A stretch of 61,875 bases of DNA, taken from a virus (taxonomy: Duplodnaviria; Caudoviricetes). Shown here piece by piece: positions 26,230 to 35,350 of the stretch. Position 1 is the first letter of the stretch. Each line of letters opens with the position of its first letter. The notes below the pieces were generated by a model. It worked only from the letters and a program-made list of their open reading frames with translations. It was not told the DNA's origin and did no database searches. The stretch is from positions 1-61,875 of the IMG/VR virus record IMGVR_UViG_3300021197_000785; one strand, given 5' to 3'. A program made the position numbers and the translations under genes.

Positions 26230-26603
26230 TAGTGTGCCATAAAGATATTGTTAATAGTGCCAGCAGTAAACGCAGTTACTTGTATACGAATCCAAACAAA
26301 GTTTCCTGTAAAATTATTAAAGAAACTATCTGTTATTGCAGTGCTACCATCACTGGTCACTACACTTGCAATGTCAACAAAGTCTGTGCTTGCTGGATCT
26401 TTAACAAGTGTACCTTGTATTTTTACTGTACCAATTAAATTTGTACAACGAGTCTGTACTGTGTGTACGCCGTCACTGAAGCCATAGTAACCATCGCCTT
26501 TGACTTTATCACTATTGAATGATGTTGAGCTGCCATCGTAGTTTCCTACAGCGGATCCATGTGCGGTTGTTACCAATAATGTAGTACTAGTTGTTGCTGG
26601 CAT
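26229..26603 (-). CDS. Hypothetical beta-rich protein, possibly structural
   Basis: 124 aa; KGDGYYG...HTVQ...FTGNFVWIR; in late operon. Confidence 0.6.
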   Translation of the reverse strand: MPATTSTTLLVTTAHGSAVGNYDGSSTSFNSDKVKGDGYYGFSDGVHTVQTRCTNLIGTVKIQGTLVKDPASTDFVDIASVVTSDGSTAITDSFFNNFTGNFVWIRIQVTAFTAGTINNIFMAH

Positions 26604-26770
26604 TATGTTTCCTGAATAAGTTCTACTACTTTGCCTGCACCTGCTAGTTCGCCAATTACTGCTTCTAGTTGTACAATGATTTCTGGAGCAAGCGGCGGAT
26701 GTGCCTCTTGATCGTCTTTAAGCAGTTCACTTACTTTGATTACTAGCATTTGTTCATTAAGTTTAGCCAT
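26603..26770 (-). CDS. 55-aa hypothetical protein (not in ORF track)
   Basis: MAKLNEQMLVIKVSELLKDDQEAHPPLAPEIIVQLEAVIGELAGAGKVVELIQET; TAATG overlaps at both ends fill the gap exactly. Confidence 0.7.
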   Translation of the reverse strand: MAKLNEQMLVIKVSELLKDDQEAHPPLAPEIIVQLEAVIGELAGAGKVVELIQET

Positions 26771-27186
26771 TAACTAGCACCTGTAAATGCCATTACACCT
26801 TCAGTTGTTAGTGCGCCAAAACTACGAATTGGTAGTACATCTGATCCACTGATGTCAATATCATTAGGGCCAATACTTGTTGTACTTGCGCCACTGTCAA
26901 CACCAATACGTCTGATACGAGTCTGTAACTCTGCGTGATCATCAACATTTTTGTCCATAATTAGTGCAATTGTTCCAGCATTGCTGTTTGTTACAAAATA
27001 AGCAAGTGGAGCAATTTCCATAATGATCGCTTCTACTGCTTCGTTGACTGCATCATCTTCTGCTCTGAGGTCAATTGCACTGTTAGATGCGTTTTGCACT
27101 GTTAACAAATAACAGTGACAGCCTACTTCATGTTGTACTCCAACTGTCATATGACTGGTGCCGGTACTTCTTGTTACTGTTGGCAT
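26770..27186 (-). CDS. Hypothetical, probable virion protein
   Basis: 138 aa, AGGAG SD and ATAAATA late promoter. Confidence 0.6.
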   Translation of the reverse strand: MPTVTRSTGTSHMTVGVQHEVGCHCYLLTVQNASNSAIDLRAEDDAVNEAVEAIIMEIAPLAYFVTNSNAGTIALIMDKNVDDHAELQTRIRRIGVDSGASTTSIGPNDIDISGSDVLPIRSFGALTTEGVMAFTGAS

Positions 27187-27215
27187 GGGTTTGTATCTCC
27201 TATATTAATATAGTA

Positions 27216-27222
27216 TATTTAT
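27216..27222 (-). promoter_or_regulatory. Late promoter ATAAATA
   Basis: Intergenic, upstream of 27186. Confidence 0.55.
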
Positions 27223-27224
27223 GC

Positions 27225-27974
27225 CTATGCTTGGTTAGTCATTATTAGAATACTTAACTTGGTTTTTATGCCTCTTGCTAAAAAATTGTCTGCACAGTGT
27301 AGTTGTGTTTGATCCCAAACTACTGCACTGCCAGGCTTCCATTTATATATAGTTTCTATCTCTAATCCTTCAGCCCAATCGTAGGGCATGTGACTCATAT
27401 ATGTGTTCCAAGTTTCTTCGTCTATCTTATACCCATCACAGCAACCTTCTACATTACTTTGGTTTATTGGTCTTTTCCAACTTGATTGATTAGTGTTGCC
27501 TGTTTGTCCAGTGTTTGAATTGGCGTTGTTTCTTAAATAACTACGCTGTTTAAAGGTAATGCTATATGTGTCTGCCCAGCCTGTGTCATCGGCAACTACA
27601 TCAAGGGGTATTAATATAACTTTGTGTGGTATCTTATCCGCATACCATCGTAGGTCAGCATGTATTTTCCATGGCTTAATTGCTTCTTGCCAAGCAAAAA
27701 AATCTAACTTGTGGTCGCCTATTTCGCTTACTAACTTGTCGTGAAATATCTCTTGCATAATAGGACCATAGGGAGGATGTTCATAGGCACTTCCAGCATA
27801 CTTACTTGTACTGCCATGTTCTGGATATTCAACTGTATCAATAAGTTTGCGTAGCTCAGTCAAATCACTACTGCTAATTAAGTCATCTATTACCCAAGAG
27901 CCAGAATCTGATTCCTGCATTCTAGCAATTTGTTCATCTGTATAACTGTTATCCAAATAAACGTGTTGCGACAT
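27225..27974 (-). CDS. 2OG-Fe(II) dioxygenase-like protein
   Basis: IHAD (HxD), ILIPL, WDQTQLHC, KLSI; start MSQHVYL at 27974. Confidence 0.55.
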   Translation of the reverse strand: MSQHVYLDNSYTDEQIARMQESDSGSWVIDDLISSSDLTELRKLIDTVEYPEHGSTSKYAGSAYEHPPYGPIMQEIFHDKLVSEIGDHKLDFFAWQEAIKPWKIHADLRWYADKIPHKVILIPLDVVADDTGWADTYSITFKQRSYLRNNANSNTGQTGNTNQSSWKRPINQSNVEGCCDGYKIDEETWNTYMSHMPYDWAEGLEIETIYKWKPGSAVVWDQTQLHCADNFLARGIKTKLSILIMTNQA

Positions 27975-28236
27975 CTTTTGGTTTCCTTCCACGTTTTTTA
28001 TGTTCTTTGTAAGTGCCGTCAGGTTTGATGTTGTATGCTTTAGCAAAACGCTCAGGAATCATGCCCTCAATATCATGAATAGCGCCTGCAGGCATATCTG
28101 GATACCAATACACATCCTTTTTAATAAAGATGTCTTTGCCGCCCAAGCCTTTACTTTTAACGTTTGCATACACAAGTGTTTCCTCTGTTACAAGTTTGCG
28201 CTCTACTAGTGTACTAAGAAGTGAGTTATTCATCAT
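27949..28236 (-). CDS. Hypothetical protein
   Basis: 95 aa with KKRGRKPK (AT-hook-like) tail. Confidence 0.6.
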   Translation of the reverse strand: MMNNSLLSTLVERKLVTEETLVYANVKSKGLGGKDIFIKKDVYWYPDMPAGAIHDIEGMIPERFAKAYNIKPDGTYKEHKKRGRKPKDVATRLFG

Positions 28237-28922
28237 TTATTTGTTTTCCTTATTTGATATTCAATAATTTTGTTTACTTTTGACCCAAGTTTAAATTGTA
28301 CAAGTTGTAGTAATCGTTCATTGGTTACATATCCAATGTTTTCGCCACACCATGTACCCCATCTGCGCACTGTGTCACTGTTGTTTATTTGAATATCATC
28401 TGGATATTGCATTGCCCAACGTGACCAATCAGTAAATTCTTCGAATGACATACGTTCGCCTACTATCTGAAATTTAAATTTATTATATGGTAAGCGTTTT
28501 TTTCTATAATGTATGTTACGATCTGCCTGTGTGCCAGGAAAATACCGAACACTTACAAGTTCCAGTATTGTATCAGTAACATCCGATTCTTTACTGTTAA
28601 GACGATTTACATACTGTATAACCTGATCTATATTATCAAGGTCACTAGTATAATAATTAAGTATTGTTCTTTCAACACGCACTCTATCATTGTGTCTTTT
28701 AGCAAATCGTCTTACTGTTCCACTAAAACTTTTTTGTATTTCTGTATCAACTTTGTATCCCCACCAGTCAACTGTTCTGACCTTCATTAACTCTGGCACA
28801 CGGTACTGATACATTAATACTTCAAGACGATAAAGATACTTGCCGTAAAAAAGTCTATCGTTATGCTTTAACGCTAGGTTGTGCTGATTGCTCAGCGTCT
28901 CCAACTTCTGCAGTTGATCCAT
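28233..28922 (-). CDS. Hypothetical protein
   Basis: 229 aa; two related halves (LFYGKYLYRL / LPYNKFKFQI). Confidence 0.65.
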   Translation of the reverse strand: MDQLQKLETLSNQHNLALKHNDRLFYGKYLYRLEVLMYQYRVPELMKVRTVDWWGYKVDTEIQKSFSGTVRRFAKRHNDRVRVERTILNYYTSDLDNIDQVIQYVNRLNSKESDVTDTILELVSVRYFPGTQADRNIHYRKKRLPYNKFKFQIVGERMSFEEFTDWSRWAMQYPDDIQINNSDTVRRWGTWCGENIGYVTNERLLQLVQFKLGSKVNKIIEYQIRKTNK

Positions 28923-31134
28923 CTTTATACCTAAACTTTATTAATAGACTATTGTTTGAATTTCTAACTTTAATTTTACAGCCAATTGCTGGTTTGTCAA
29001 CTAATTTCTTTGCAATAGGCATGCGTAACATTGTATCTATAGCACGAGCCATGGGCCTTGCTCCCATGCGTTCATCATATCCCTGTTCAAGAATAATATC
29101 AACACTTGGTTCATCAACGCTAAGTGCAACTCCTTTGTCTTTGAGTTGCTCCTGCAATTCTTGTATAAACTTTAGTGCTACTTTACGTTTTGCAATTTCG
29201 TCCAATGCGCCAAATGCGCACACTGCATCAATACGATTACGGAACTCAGGAGCAAAGAACTTTTTATAGGCATCTTCTGCTGCCCCTTCAACACGATCTC
29301 TACCAAAACCAATGGCGTTCTTTTCACCTTCGCTTGCGCCCAGATTTGTTGTAAGAATAACAAAACAGTTTCTAGCATCTGCACGTTTGCCGTTTGATCC
29401 TGTCACAAAGCCTTCATCCATAAGTTGTAGTAGTACATTGCTTACATCTGGATGTGCCTTTTCAATTTCATCAAACAATATTACTGCATGTGGATTACGT
29501 TCAATGTCACGAATAAGTAATCCTCCACCAAGGTTACCATCTTCAAATCCAACATATCCAGGAGGTGCACCAATAAAACGTGCTACAGTATGACGCTCTT
29601 GATATTCGCTCATATCATAGCGTAGTAATTTCATGCTATTTGCACTAGCAAGTTGCTTTGCAAGTTCTGTTTTGCCTGTGCCTGTTGGTCCAGTAAACAC
29701 AAATACGCCCAGTGTTTTATCGCGCTTGTTAAGTCCTGCTTTAGCAACCCATACTTTATCAAGTACACTGTCAACCGCTGTATCCTGTCCATAGACCTTG
29801 CTTTTAATTCTATCACTAATTGCATCTGGCTGTATCACAGATTCCTTCTTTTCACCTAATTGGCTAATAGGAATCTTTGCATACTTGCTAATCTCCTCAA
29901 GAATATTTTGACTATCAATTACAGGATTTTCTGTTCCTAGTCTACGTTGTTTTGCACTTGCGCTGTCAATCATATCAAATGCTTTATCAGGTAGTCGCTT
30001 GTCTGTCAAATAGCGCACACTCAAATCCACAGCATCATTCACTGCTTGTGCTGTAATCTTACAACTGTGAAACTTCTCATAGTATTTTTTACTGTTCATA
30101 AGAATCTTTTTAGCAAGTTCAGATGAAGGTTCGTCAACAGTAATGTGATAGAAGCGACGCATCAGCGCACGATCTTTTTCAAAACTACTGTTGTATTCCT
30201 CCCATGTAGTACTGGCAATAACTTTTAGTTTGCCTCTACCCAAATAAGGTTTTAACATATTGGCAAAATCAGTCCCACCATTGCCGCCGGCACCTGCACC
30301 TTTAAGTGTGTGTGCTTCGTCAATAAACAGTATACACTTGCCTTTTTCAATCAGTGCACCTAATACTTCTTTAACACGTTCTTCAAACTGTCCACGGTAC
30401 TGTGTACCAGCAAGCATGTTTGCTACATCTAGATTATATACAATGTGATCTTGTAAATATACAGGCACTTCTTTTCTTACTATTTTTACAGCAAGTCCTT
30501 CTGCTACTGCAGTCTTACCTACACCTGGATCACCTACCATAAGCACATTGCTTTTATTGCGGCGTGCAAATGTTTGTGTTATATCATCAATGACGTCGTC
30601 CCTGCCAATTACAGGATCTAGTGTCTTTGCCCGTGCCTGTTCATTTAAATCTTCACAGTATTCATTAACAATACCATCAAGATACTGTTCGTGTTTCTGG
30701 CTTAACTGACGGGTTTTATTATTGGTTTTCATAAACCGCATAAACTCGTCTTTGGATACATTGTATTTCATTAAAAAGTAACTACTGTGACTGTTTTGTT
30801 CACTAGTAATGCTTATAAACAAATCAAATAGTGTTAGTGTTTCTCTGCCACTAAACAACACACTGGTCATTGCACGATTGAATACACGTTCCAAGGATTG
30901 CGTTTTGATTTGTCCTGTGCCGTCCACACTTGAAAATGCGTCCACTAAGTGGCTTTCTAAATCAAGTTGCAGTTCGTTTAGTTGTACTCCGAACTCCAGT
31001 AAATTTTTTGCAAACTCTTTATTTTTTAATATAGCAAGCAAAAAATGTTCTGTACTTAGGTACTGATGTCCATACTTGCTTGCTATTTTGCCAGCAAAGG
31101 CTAGTGTTTGATCTACTTCTTTAGCAGTTTTCAT
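28861..31134 (-). CDS. clpA: ClpA-type Hsp100 AAA+ unfoldase
   Basis: Clp N-domain (TEHFLLAI), NBD1 GDPGVGKT/FIDEAH, NBD2 GPTGTGKT/LFDEIEKAH, ClpP-docking IGF loop, no ClpB middle domain. Confidence 0.9.
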   Translation of the reverse strand: MKTAKEVDQTLAFAGKIASKYGHQYLSTEHFLLAILKNKEFAKNLLEFGVQLNELQLDLESHLVDAFSSVDGTGQIKTQSLERVFNRAMTSVLFSGRETLTLFDLFISITSEQNSHSSYFLMKYNVSKDEFMRFMKTNNKTRQLSQKHEQYLDGIVNEYCEDLNEQARAKTLDPVIGRDDVIDDITQTFARRNKSNVLMVGDPGVGKTAVAEGLAVKIVRKEVPVYLQDHIVYNLDVANMLAGTQYRGQFEERVKEVLGALIEKGKCILFIDEAHTLKGAGAGGNGGTDFANMLKPYLGRGKLKVIASTTWEEYNSSFEKDRALMRRFYHITVDEPSSELAKKILMNSKKYYEKFHSCKITAQAVNDAVDLSVRYLTDKRLPDKAFDMIDSASAKQRRLGTENPVIDSQNILEEISKYAKIPISQLGEKKESVIQPDAISDRIKSKVYGQDTAVDSVLDKVWVAKAGLNKRDKTLGVFVFTGPTGTGKTELAKQLASANSMKLLRYDMSEYQERHTVARFIGAPPGYVGFEDGNLGGGLLIRDIERNPHAVILFDEIEKAHPDVSNVLLQLMDEGFVTGSNGKRADARNCFVILTTNLGASEGEKNAIGFGRDRVEGAAEDAYKKFFAPEFRNRIDAVCAFGALDEIAKRKVALKFIQELQEQLKDKGVALSVDEPSVDIILEQGYDERMGARPMARAIDTMLRMPIAKKLVDKPAIGCKIKVRNSNNSLLIKFRYKDGSTAEVGDAEQSAQPSVKA

Positions 31135-31949
31135 TTATCATCCCGTAATTTCTTGCATATATTTAATTGTTGTTCAGTTAAGTTTTCAGGTATTTTAACC
31201 AATACTTGTACAAGCAAATCACCTCTTGTACTAGTCTTTGTGTACATACCATGATTGGGTATTTTCAGCGTTGCACCGTATTGTGTGCCTGCTGGAATAT
31301 TTAGGTTGAGTGTCTTATTTTCAATAGTATGTATTTGAACTACTGTACCTATTATAGCATCCCATGCGCCTATTGTCAAGTGCATTTTTAGGTTGTCATT
31401 GTCTCGGGTAAACACTTCGTGGTCTAGCATATTAATTGTAACAGTAAGGTCACCAGGACTTAAATTACTATGTATGTAATCTCCTAGTCCACTATATTTA
31501 ATTTTTGTACCATTGTTGACTCCAATTGGTATCTTTAAATTTACAAGATGCCTTGAACCGTTGGTGTGTCTTATGCTAACTGTTTTTTGTTGTTCGCTTA
31601 GTATTTCTTCCAGTGTGCAGTCCACTGTGATGCCCAGGTTTTTATTTGATTTTACACGTTGGTAATCGCGTTTACTAGGATGGAATCCTGCACTGCCAAA
31701 TACAGTAAACATGTCATCATAAACATCACTAGTGTTTATCTTAATGTTTTGCCTACGACTGTTGCGAACGTCAAATGCTGCACGTTTATGAGGATCTTTA
31801 AGAACTTCATATGCTTCTGCAACCGCGTGGAAAGTGTCAACATCTCCGCCGCTGTCAGGGTGATGCTGTTTTGCTTTGTTGCGATATGCTGATTGTATAT
31901 CTTTAGGACTACATGTAGGTTCCAGTCCTAGTACATCATAATAGTTCAT
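31131..31949 (-). CDS. dnaJ: DnaJ-class (type II, CbpA-like) co-chaperone
   Basis: J-domain YYDVLG...HPD...AYEVLKD; C-terminal substrate domain GDL motifs; no Zn finger. Confidence 0.9.
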   Translation of the reverse strand: MNYYDVLGLEPTCSPKDIQSAYRNKAKQHHPDSGGDVDTFHAVAEAYEVLKDPHKRAAFDVRNSRRQNIKINTSDVYDDMFTVFGSAGFHPSKRDYQRVKSNKNLGITVDCTLEEILSEQQKTVSIRHTNGSRHLVNLKIPIGVNNGTKIKYSGLGDYIHSNLSPGDLTVTINMLDHEVFTRDNDNLKMHLTIGAWDAIIGTVVQIHTIENKTLNLNIPAGTQYGATLKIPNHGMYTKTSTRGDLLVQVLVKIPENLTEQQLNICKKLRDDK

Positions 31950-31956
31950 AACTGTA

Positions 31957-31985
31957 ATTATACTATACTAGGACTGGATTGTAAA
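31957..31985 (-). promoter_or_regulatory. Sigma70-like promoter TTTACA-N17-TATAAT
   Basis: The -10 lies 7 nt upstream of the dnaJ ATG. Confidence 0.65.
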
Positions 31986-32336
31986 TTACTTTTTAGGCTT
32001 TGCTTGCATTGCTTGCGCACCAAAAAATGCAGCAACAATAGCAGCAACAGATACAAAGTATACTGCAGCCATATCACCTAGGATCTTAGCAGCCTGATCC
32101 ATGCCAATAAGATTTGCAATCAATACAATTGCTGGATATAGTAGCATACCTGCTAGACTAAACCAAGCCATCTTACGCTGTGCATCGCGCATTGCATCTG
32201 CATCTTCTAATTCTTTACGTTTAAATTCCAAGTACATCGCCTCTTCTTCAGGACTAACTTTTCCATCACCATTGCTGTCTGCTGGATGGTATGCTGCTCT
32301 TGCTGCAGCAATATCTTCTTTAGTTGGTTCAGCCAT
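31986..32336 (-). CDS. Two-TM membrane protein with an EF-hand loop, holin candidate
   Basis: DSNGDGKVSPEE loop, two hydrophobic helices, basic C-terminus; downstream end of the lysis gene block. Confidence 0.55.
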   Translation of the reverse strand: MAEPTKEDIAAARAAYHPADSNGDGKVSPEEEAMYLEFKRKELEDADAMRDAQRKMAWFSLAGMLLYPAIVLIANLIGMDQAAKILGDMAAVYFVSVAAIVAAFFGAQAMQAKPKK

Positions 32337-32613
32337 CTTCTCTCTCCATCTTGGCTATACGAGCCTCTAACTCGTCAATTTTATTTGTAATCTTTGGATA
32401 CTTTGTACGCCAGGCATTTGGATCATTTTGTAACCAGGTCCATCCCCACTTAGTAGCCAGGCATTCTAGACTTGCATCAAACTTGCGCACTGCCCAGATA
32501 GCCATGCGTGTATCTTTAAACCAAAAAAGAAAAGCCGCGCCAAATAAACTACCTGCTATGCCTGTATAGATCCATAAGCGATCACTCGCCATGCTCTGTA
32601 TCATGTCCCACAT
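32329..32613 (-). CDS. Single-TM membrane protein
   Basis: LWIYTGIAGSLFGAAFLFWF helix, C-terminal coiled coil. Confidence 0.6.
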   Translation of the reverse strand: MWDMIQSMASDRLWIYTGIAGSLFGAAFLFWFKDTRMAIWAVRKFDASLECLATKWGWTWLQNDPNAWRTKYPKITNKIDELEARIAKMEREDG

Positions 32614-33397
32614 TGTTTTGTATCCTCCAGTTCATACGCTCAACAGTGTCGTCTCTGTCCACTACTGGTTGCAGTGTTGTATTTAACTGTTTGGAACTAC
32701 AAATCCAATTAATAACTCCATGCTGTGAGCCAAATACGTCCACGGTTTCATGTTTAAAATTATTTGGGTTGAATGTTGGTACAGGAAGCCAATACATATA
32801 GTAGTCAAATATAGTTAAGTAATCATATATCTTACTATATGATGTTTCGTCTTGCATTTCTATAAGCATATCAGGCTTTAGATGTGTCAGTGTATATCCC
32901 ATGCCCTGCAGTATTCTATACTCGTAACCCTCCGTGTCCAACTTTATAAAGTCAATTTTATCCATACTATAGCCGTCAAGAGTTTTTGATCTTCTAGTTT
33001 TCTCGCCAGGTTGTTCTATAAATTTAGTTTTGCCAAAATCAAATTCTGTATAGCCAAATGCTTTATTATCACTTATTGCTTTGTGCGAAACAGTAATGTT
33101 TCCGTGAGGTTTTGTGTTTATTTCTAATAGATAATAGTTGTGATCGTCAGGTTCCCAGGCATGAACATGTTGTACATAGGGAGCAATGCTTATACTATGT
33201 GTGCCTATGTTTGCGCCTATATCCAGATACACAGTGTCTTTGTTTACCATGCTTAGTATTTGTTCTATTTCTGGATGGCAGTATTCACCATAAACTTCTA
33301 AACTACGACCAATACTAGGATCATCCGTGTAGTAAGTCATAGGCCCATAACGTGTATTAGTTGTTTTAATTATTGGTCTGTGGTGGTACTGACTCAT
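32582..33397 (-). CDS. FkbM-family SAM methyltransferase
   Basis: YLDIGANIGTHS, AWEP, IDFIKLDTEGYE. Confidence 0.85.
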   Translation of the reverse strand: MSQYHHRPIIKTTNTRYGPMTYYTDDPSIGRSLEVYGEYCHPEIEQILSMVNKDTVYLDIGANIGTHSISIAPYVQHVHAWEPDDHNYYLLEINTKPHGNITVSHKAISDNKAFGYTEFDFGKTKFIEQPGEKTRRSKTLDGYSMDKIDFIKLDTEGYEYRILQGMGYTLTHLKPDMLIEMQDETSYSKIYDYLTIFDYYMYWLPVPTFNPNNFKHETVDVFGSQHGVINWICSSKQLNTTLQPVVDRDDTVERMNWRIQNNVGHDTEHGE

Positions 33398-33779
33398 CAG
33401 GCTTCATTGCCTCTTCGTAATAGATTATAATCTCTTTTTGTTGATTGATAAAACGGCGAAGTTCTGCTACGTTTAGTGCTAAATTTTCGTAATCTTTGAC
33501 GCTAAGTGCAACATAAGCCAAGTCGCCATTTTCTGCCTTAAAGTCTTGTATAAACTTTTGAAGGTTTGCTTCGTTGACAACATATACGCGGGTGTCAACT
33601 AAATCAATTGGCTTTGGTCGTGTCGCTATCGGTACTGATAGTTTCTCCACCTGGGTTACTACTTTGATCTCCGGCTCCGGCTGGAACCGACTGCAACCAC
33701 TTAGGAAGAGGACGGCTACTGCCATCAGTACTGCCGGTCTCGCCCATGATTTCACGCCATAGTTTTGCTGTTGCGCCAT
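33366..33779 (-). CDS. Outer-membrane lipoprotein spanin (o-spanin/Rz1-like)
   Basis: Lipobox LFLSG-C, Pro-rich segment; overlaps 3' end of the i-spanin gene in another frame. Confidence 0.75.
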   Translation of the reverse strand: MAQQQNYGVKSWARPAVLMAVAVLFLSGCSRFQPEPEIKVVTQVEKLSVPIATRPKPIDLVDTRVYVVNEANLQKFIQDFKAENGDLAYVALSVKDYENLALNVAELRRFINQQKEIIIYYEEAMKPDESVPPQTNN

Positions 33780-34104
33780 TCATACGTCCTTCTAGATTCG
33801 CTGCATCTCGTAATGCATCTCCAAGCAAGTCCAATTGACGAAGTTTTTTACGAAGGTTATCACCATATGCTTCTGCTTCCTGCAACTGTGCTTGTAAGTT
33901 TTGTTGTAATTTTGCGTTTTGTTCTGCTTCTGCTCTTAGTGTATCTATGCTTGCTTCACTGGTTTCAATAGCAACTTCTAGTTTAGCATTGTTGTCTCTT
34001 AGTGTTGCTATTTCTGCTTGCGTTGTGTCATAGTAATACTTGGCACCATATCCAGCGATGCCAAGAACGCCTATGAGCGCAATTAGTGCATAGACTTTAA
34101 ACAT
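33604..34104 (-). CDS. Inner-membrane spanin (i-spanin/Rz-like)
   Basis: N-terminal TM helix followed by long coiled coil; next to lysozyme and lipoprotein. Confidence 0.75.
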   Translation of the reverse strand: MFKVYALIALIGVLGIAGYGAKYYYDTTQAEIATLRDNNAKLEVAIETSEASIDTLRAEAEQNAKLQQNLQAQLQEAEAYGDNLRKKLRQLDLLGDALRDAANLEGRMNGATAKLWREIMGETGSTDGSSRPLPKWLQSVPAGAGDQSSNPGGETISTDSDTTKAN

Positions 34105-34269
34105 TTACTCGCTCTTATAAATTGTCCATGCGCCATATGCAATAGCAATATATGCTGCTAGTTTAGCAAATGGACCTGCAATAAGAATAACGAGTCCAAC
34201 ACCAATTAGCATTGCGCCGTCCCATGAGGTACGTTCTTCAATTCTACTGTTTATCCACTTTTTAACCAT
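34105..34269 (-). CDS. 54-aa two-TM membrane protein (not in ORF track), possible holin/antiholin
   Basis: MVKKWINSRIEERTSWDGAMLIGVGLVILIAGPFAKLAAYIAIAYGAWTIYKSE; GGAG SD. Confidence 0.65.
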   Translation of the reverse strand: MVKKWINSRIEERTSWDGAMLIGVGLVILIAGPFAKLAAYIAIAYGAWTIYKSE

Positions 34270-34411
34270 CCTGATAATTCTCCACTATACATAGTTTGCA
34301 TCTACATTGTTTACAAACTTCTATTATATCATGTCCACCTTCGTAGTTGCGTTCCTCTCTATGTAAAGGTCCGCCGCAATGACTTTCGTGTCCACAATTT
34401 AAACAACTCAT
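34262..34411 (-). CDS. 49-aa Cys/His-rich protein (not in ORF track)
   Basis: MSCLNCGHESHCGGPLHREERNYEGGHDIIEVCKQCRCKLCIVENYQDG; TAATG coupling to lysozyme. Confidence 0.6.
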   Translation of the reverse strand: MSCLNCGHESHCGGPLHREERNYEGGHDIIEVCKQCRCKLCIVENYQDG

Positions 34412-34854
34412 TATGCAAGAGCCCGCATGCGATCAACAAGACGTTGTGCTCTTTTAGTAACTTGACGATACCATCCACTGTCAACCATTTCATCTGCGGC
34501 ATCGTTCCAATCGCGATTATCAACGCCACGCTTCATACCCTTGAACTTGCTTAGTCTAGGACGGCCCATGTTGAACATCATATTGGCAACAATTAACTGC
34601 ACTTCTTCTGGCAAGTCATCAAAGTCTGGATAAAGGATTTGACAATCCGCTAGTACAATTTCACAGTCTTTTTGGAAAAGTTCTGTAACACGTTCCTCTG
34701 TTACTGGAGTACCAACATCAGCACCGTACTCGGGGTCACTCTCAAGGATAAGATGCCCAATGCCAACAGTAGGCAAACCCAGATGATCCAGGTATACTTC
34801 ATATACTACGCCTTCGTCAGTCGCGAGATCTTCTTGTAAACGCTCTAAATTCAT
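34411..34854 (-). CDS. T4-type lysozyme (GH24) endolysin
   Basis: DEG...YLDHLGLPTVGIGHLI (E-8-D-5-T triad), NMMFNMG, WYRQV. Confidence 0.9.
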   Translation of the reverse strand: MNLERLQEDLATDEGVVYEVYLDHLGLPTVGIGHLILESDPEYGADVGTPVTEERVTELFQKDCEIVLADCQILYPDFDDLPEEVQLIVANMMFNMGRPRLSKFKGMKRGVDNRDWNDAADEMVDSGWYRQVTKRAQRLVDRMRALA

Positions 34855-35350
34855 TGATGTCTCCTTTTGTGCGAGGTACTCTCGCTGTATTTAATATGCT
34901 TTCAATAGCAATTGCTGCTGTTTTTGTGTCTCTGTATTTCTTTGGACTTAGTGGAACACTTGCTTCCAGTGCTTCAGTGCTTAATGGTTGTACTGGATTT
35001 TTCTTACTATCTGGCTTGTCAAAATACACCATCATCCAATCTTCTACATCTGTGAGATTGTTTAGATCATTAATCATACTCATAAATTTTTGCGGGTAAC
35101 TATTACGGCGTTCTGCTTCTACAAAAACAATATACCGACCTTCGCTGATCTCACCTGCGCTAGTCTCTGCATCAATTACCCAGTCATAGCCCATTTCAAT
35201 AAAGTTCTCTAGGTCCTGCGCAGGCTGCTTGCCAAACACTTTAAATGTTGCAACAATTACTGCATCATCCTTGCCCATCTTTGGCTTGTACTCGTCAAAG
35301 TGTACAGTGCTTTCAATGCGACCTTCAAGGTCTTGTGGATCAAGCGCCAT
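34817..35350 (-). CDS. Hypothetical protein
   Basis: 177-aa ORF in operon. Confidence 0.7.
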   Translation of the reverse strand: MALDPQDLEGRIESTVHFDEYKPKMGKDDAVIVATFKVFGKQPAQDLENFIEMGYDWVIDAETSAGEISEGRYIVFVEAERRNSYPQKFMSMINDLNNLTDVEDWMMVYFDKPDSKKNPVQPLSTEALEASVPLSPKKYRDTKTAAIAIESILNTARVPRTKGDINEFRAFTRRSRD

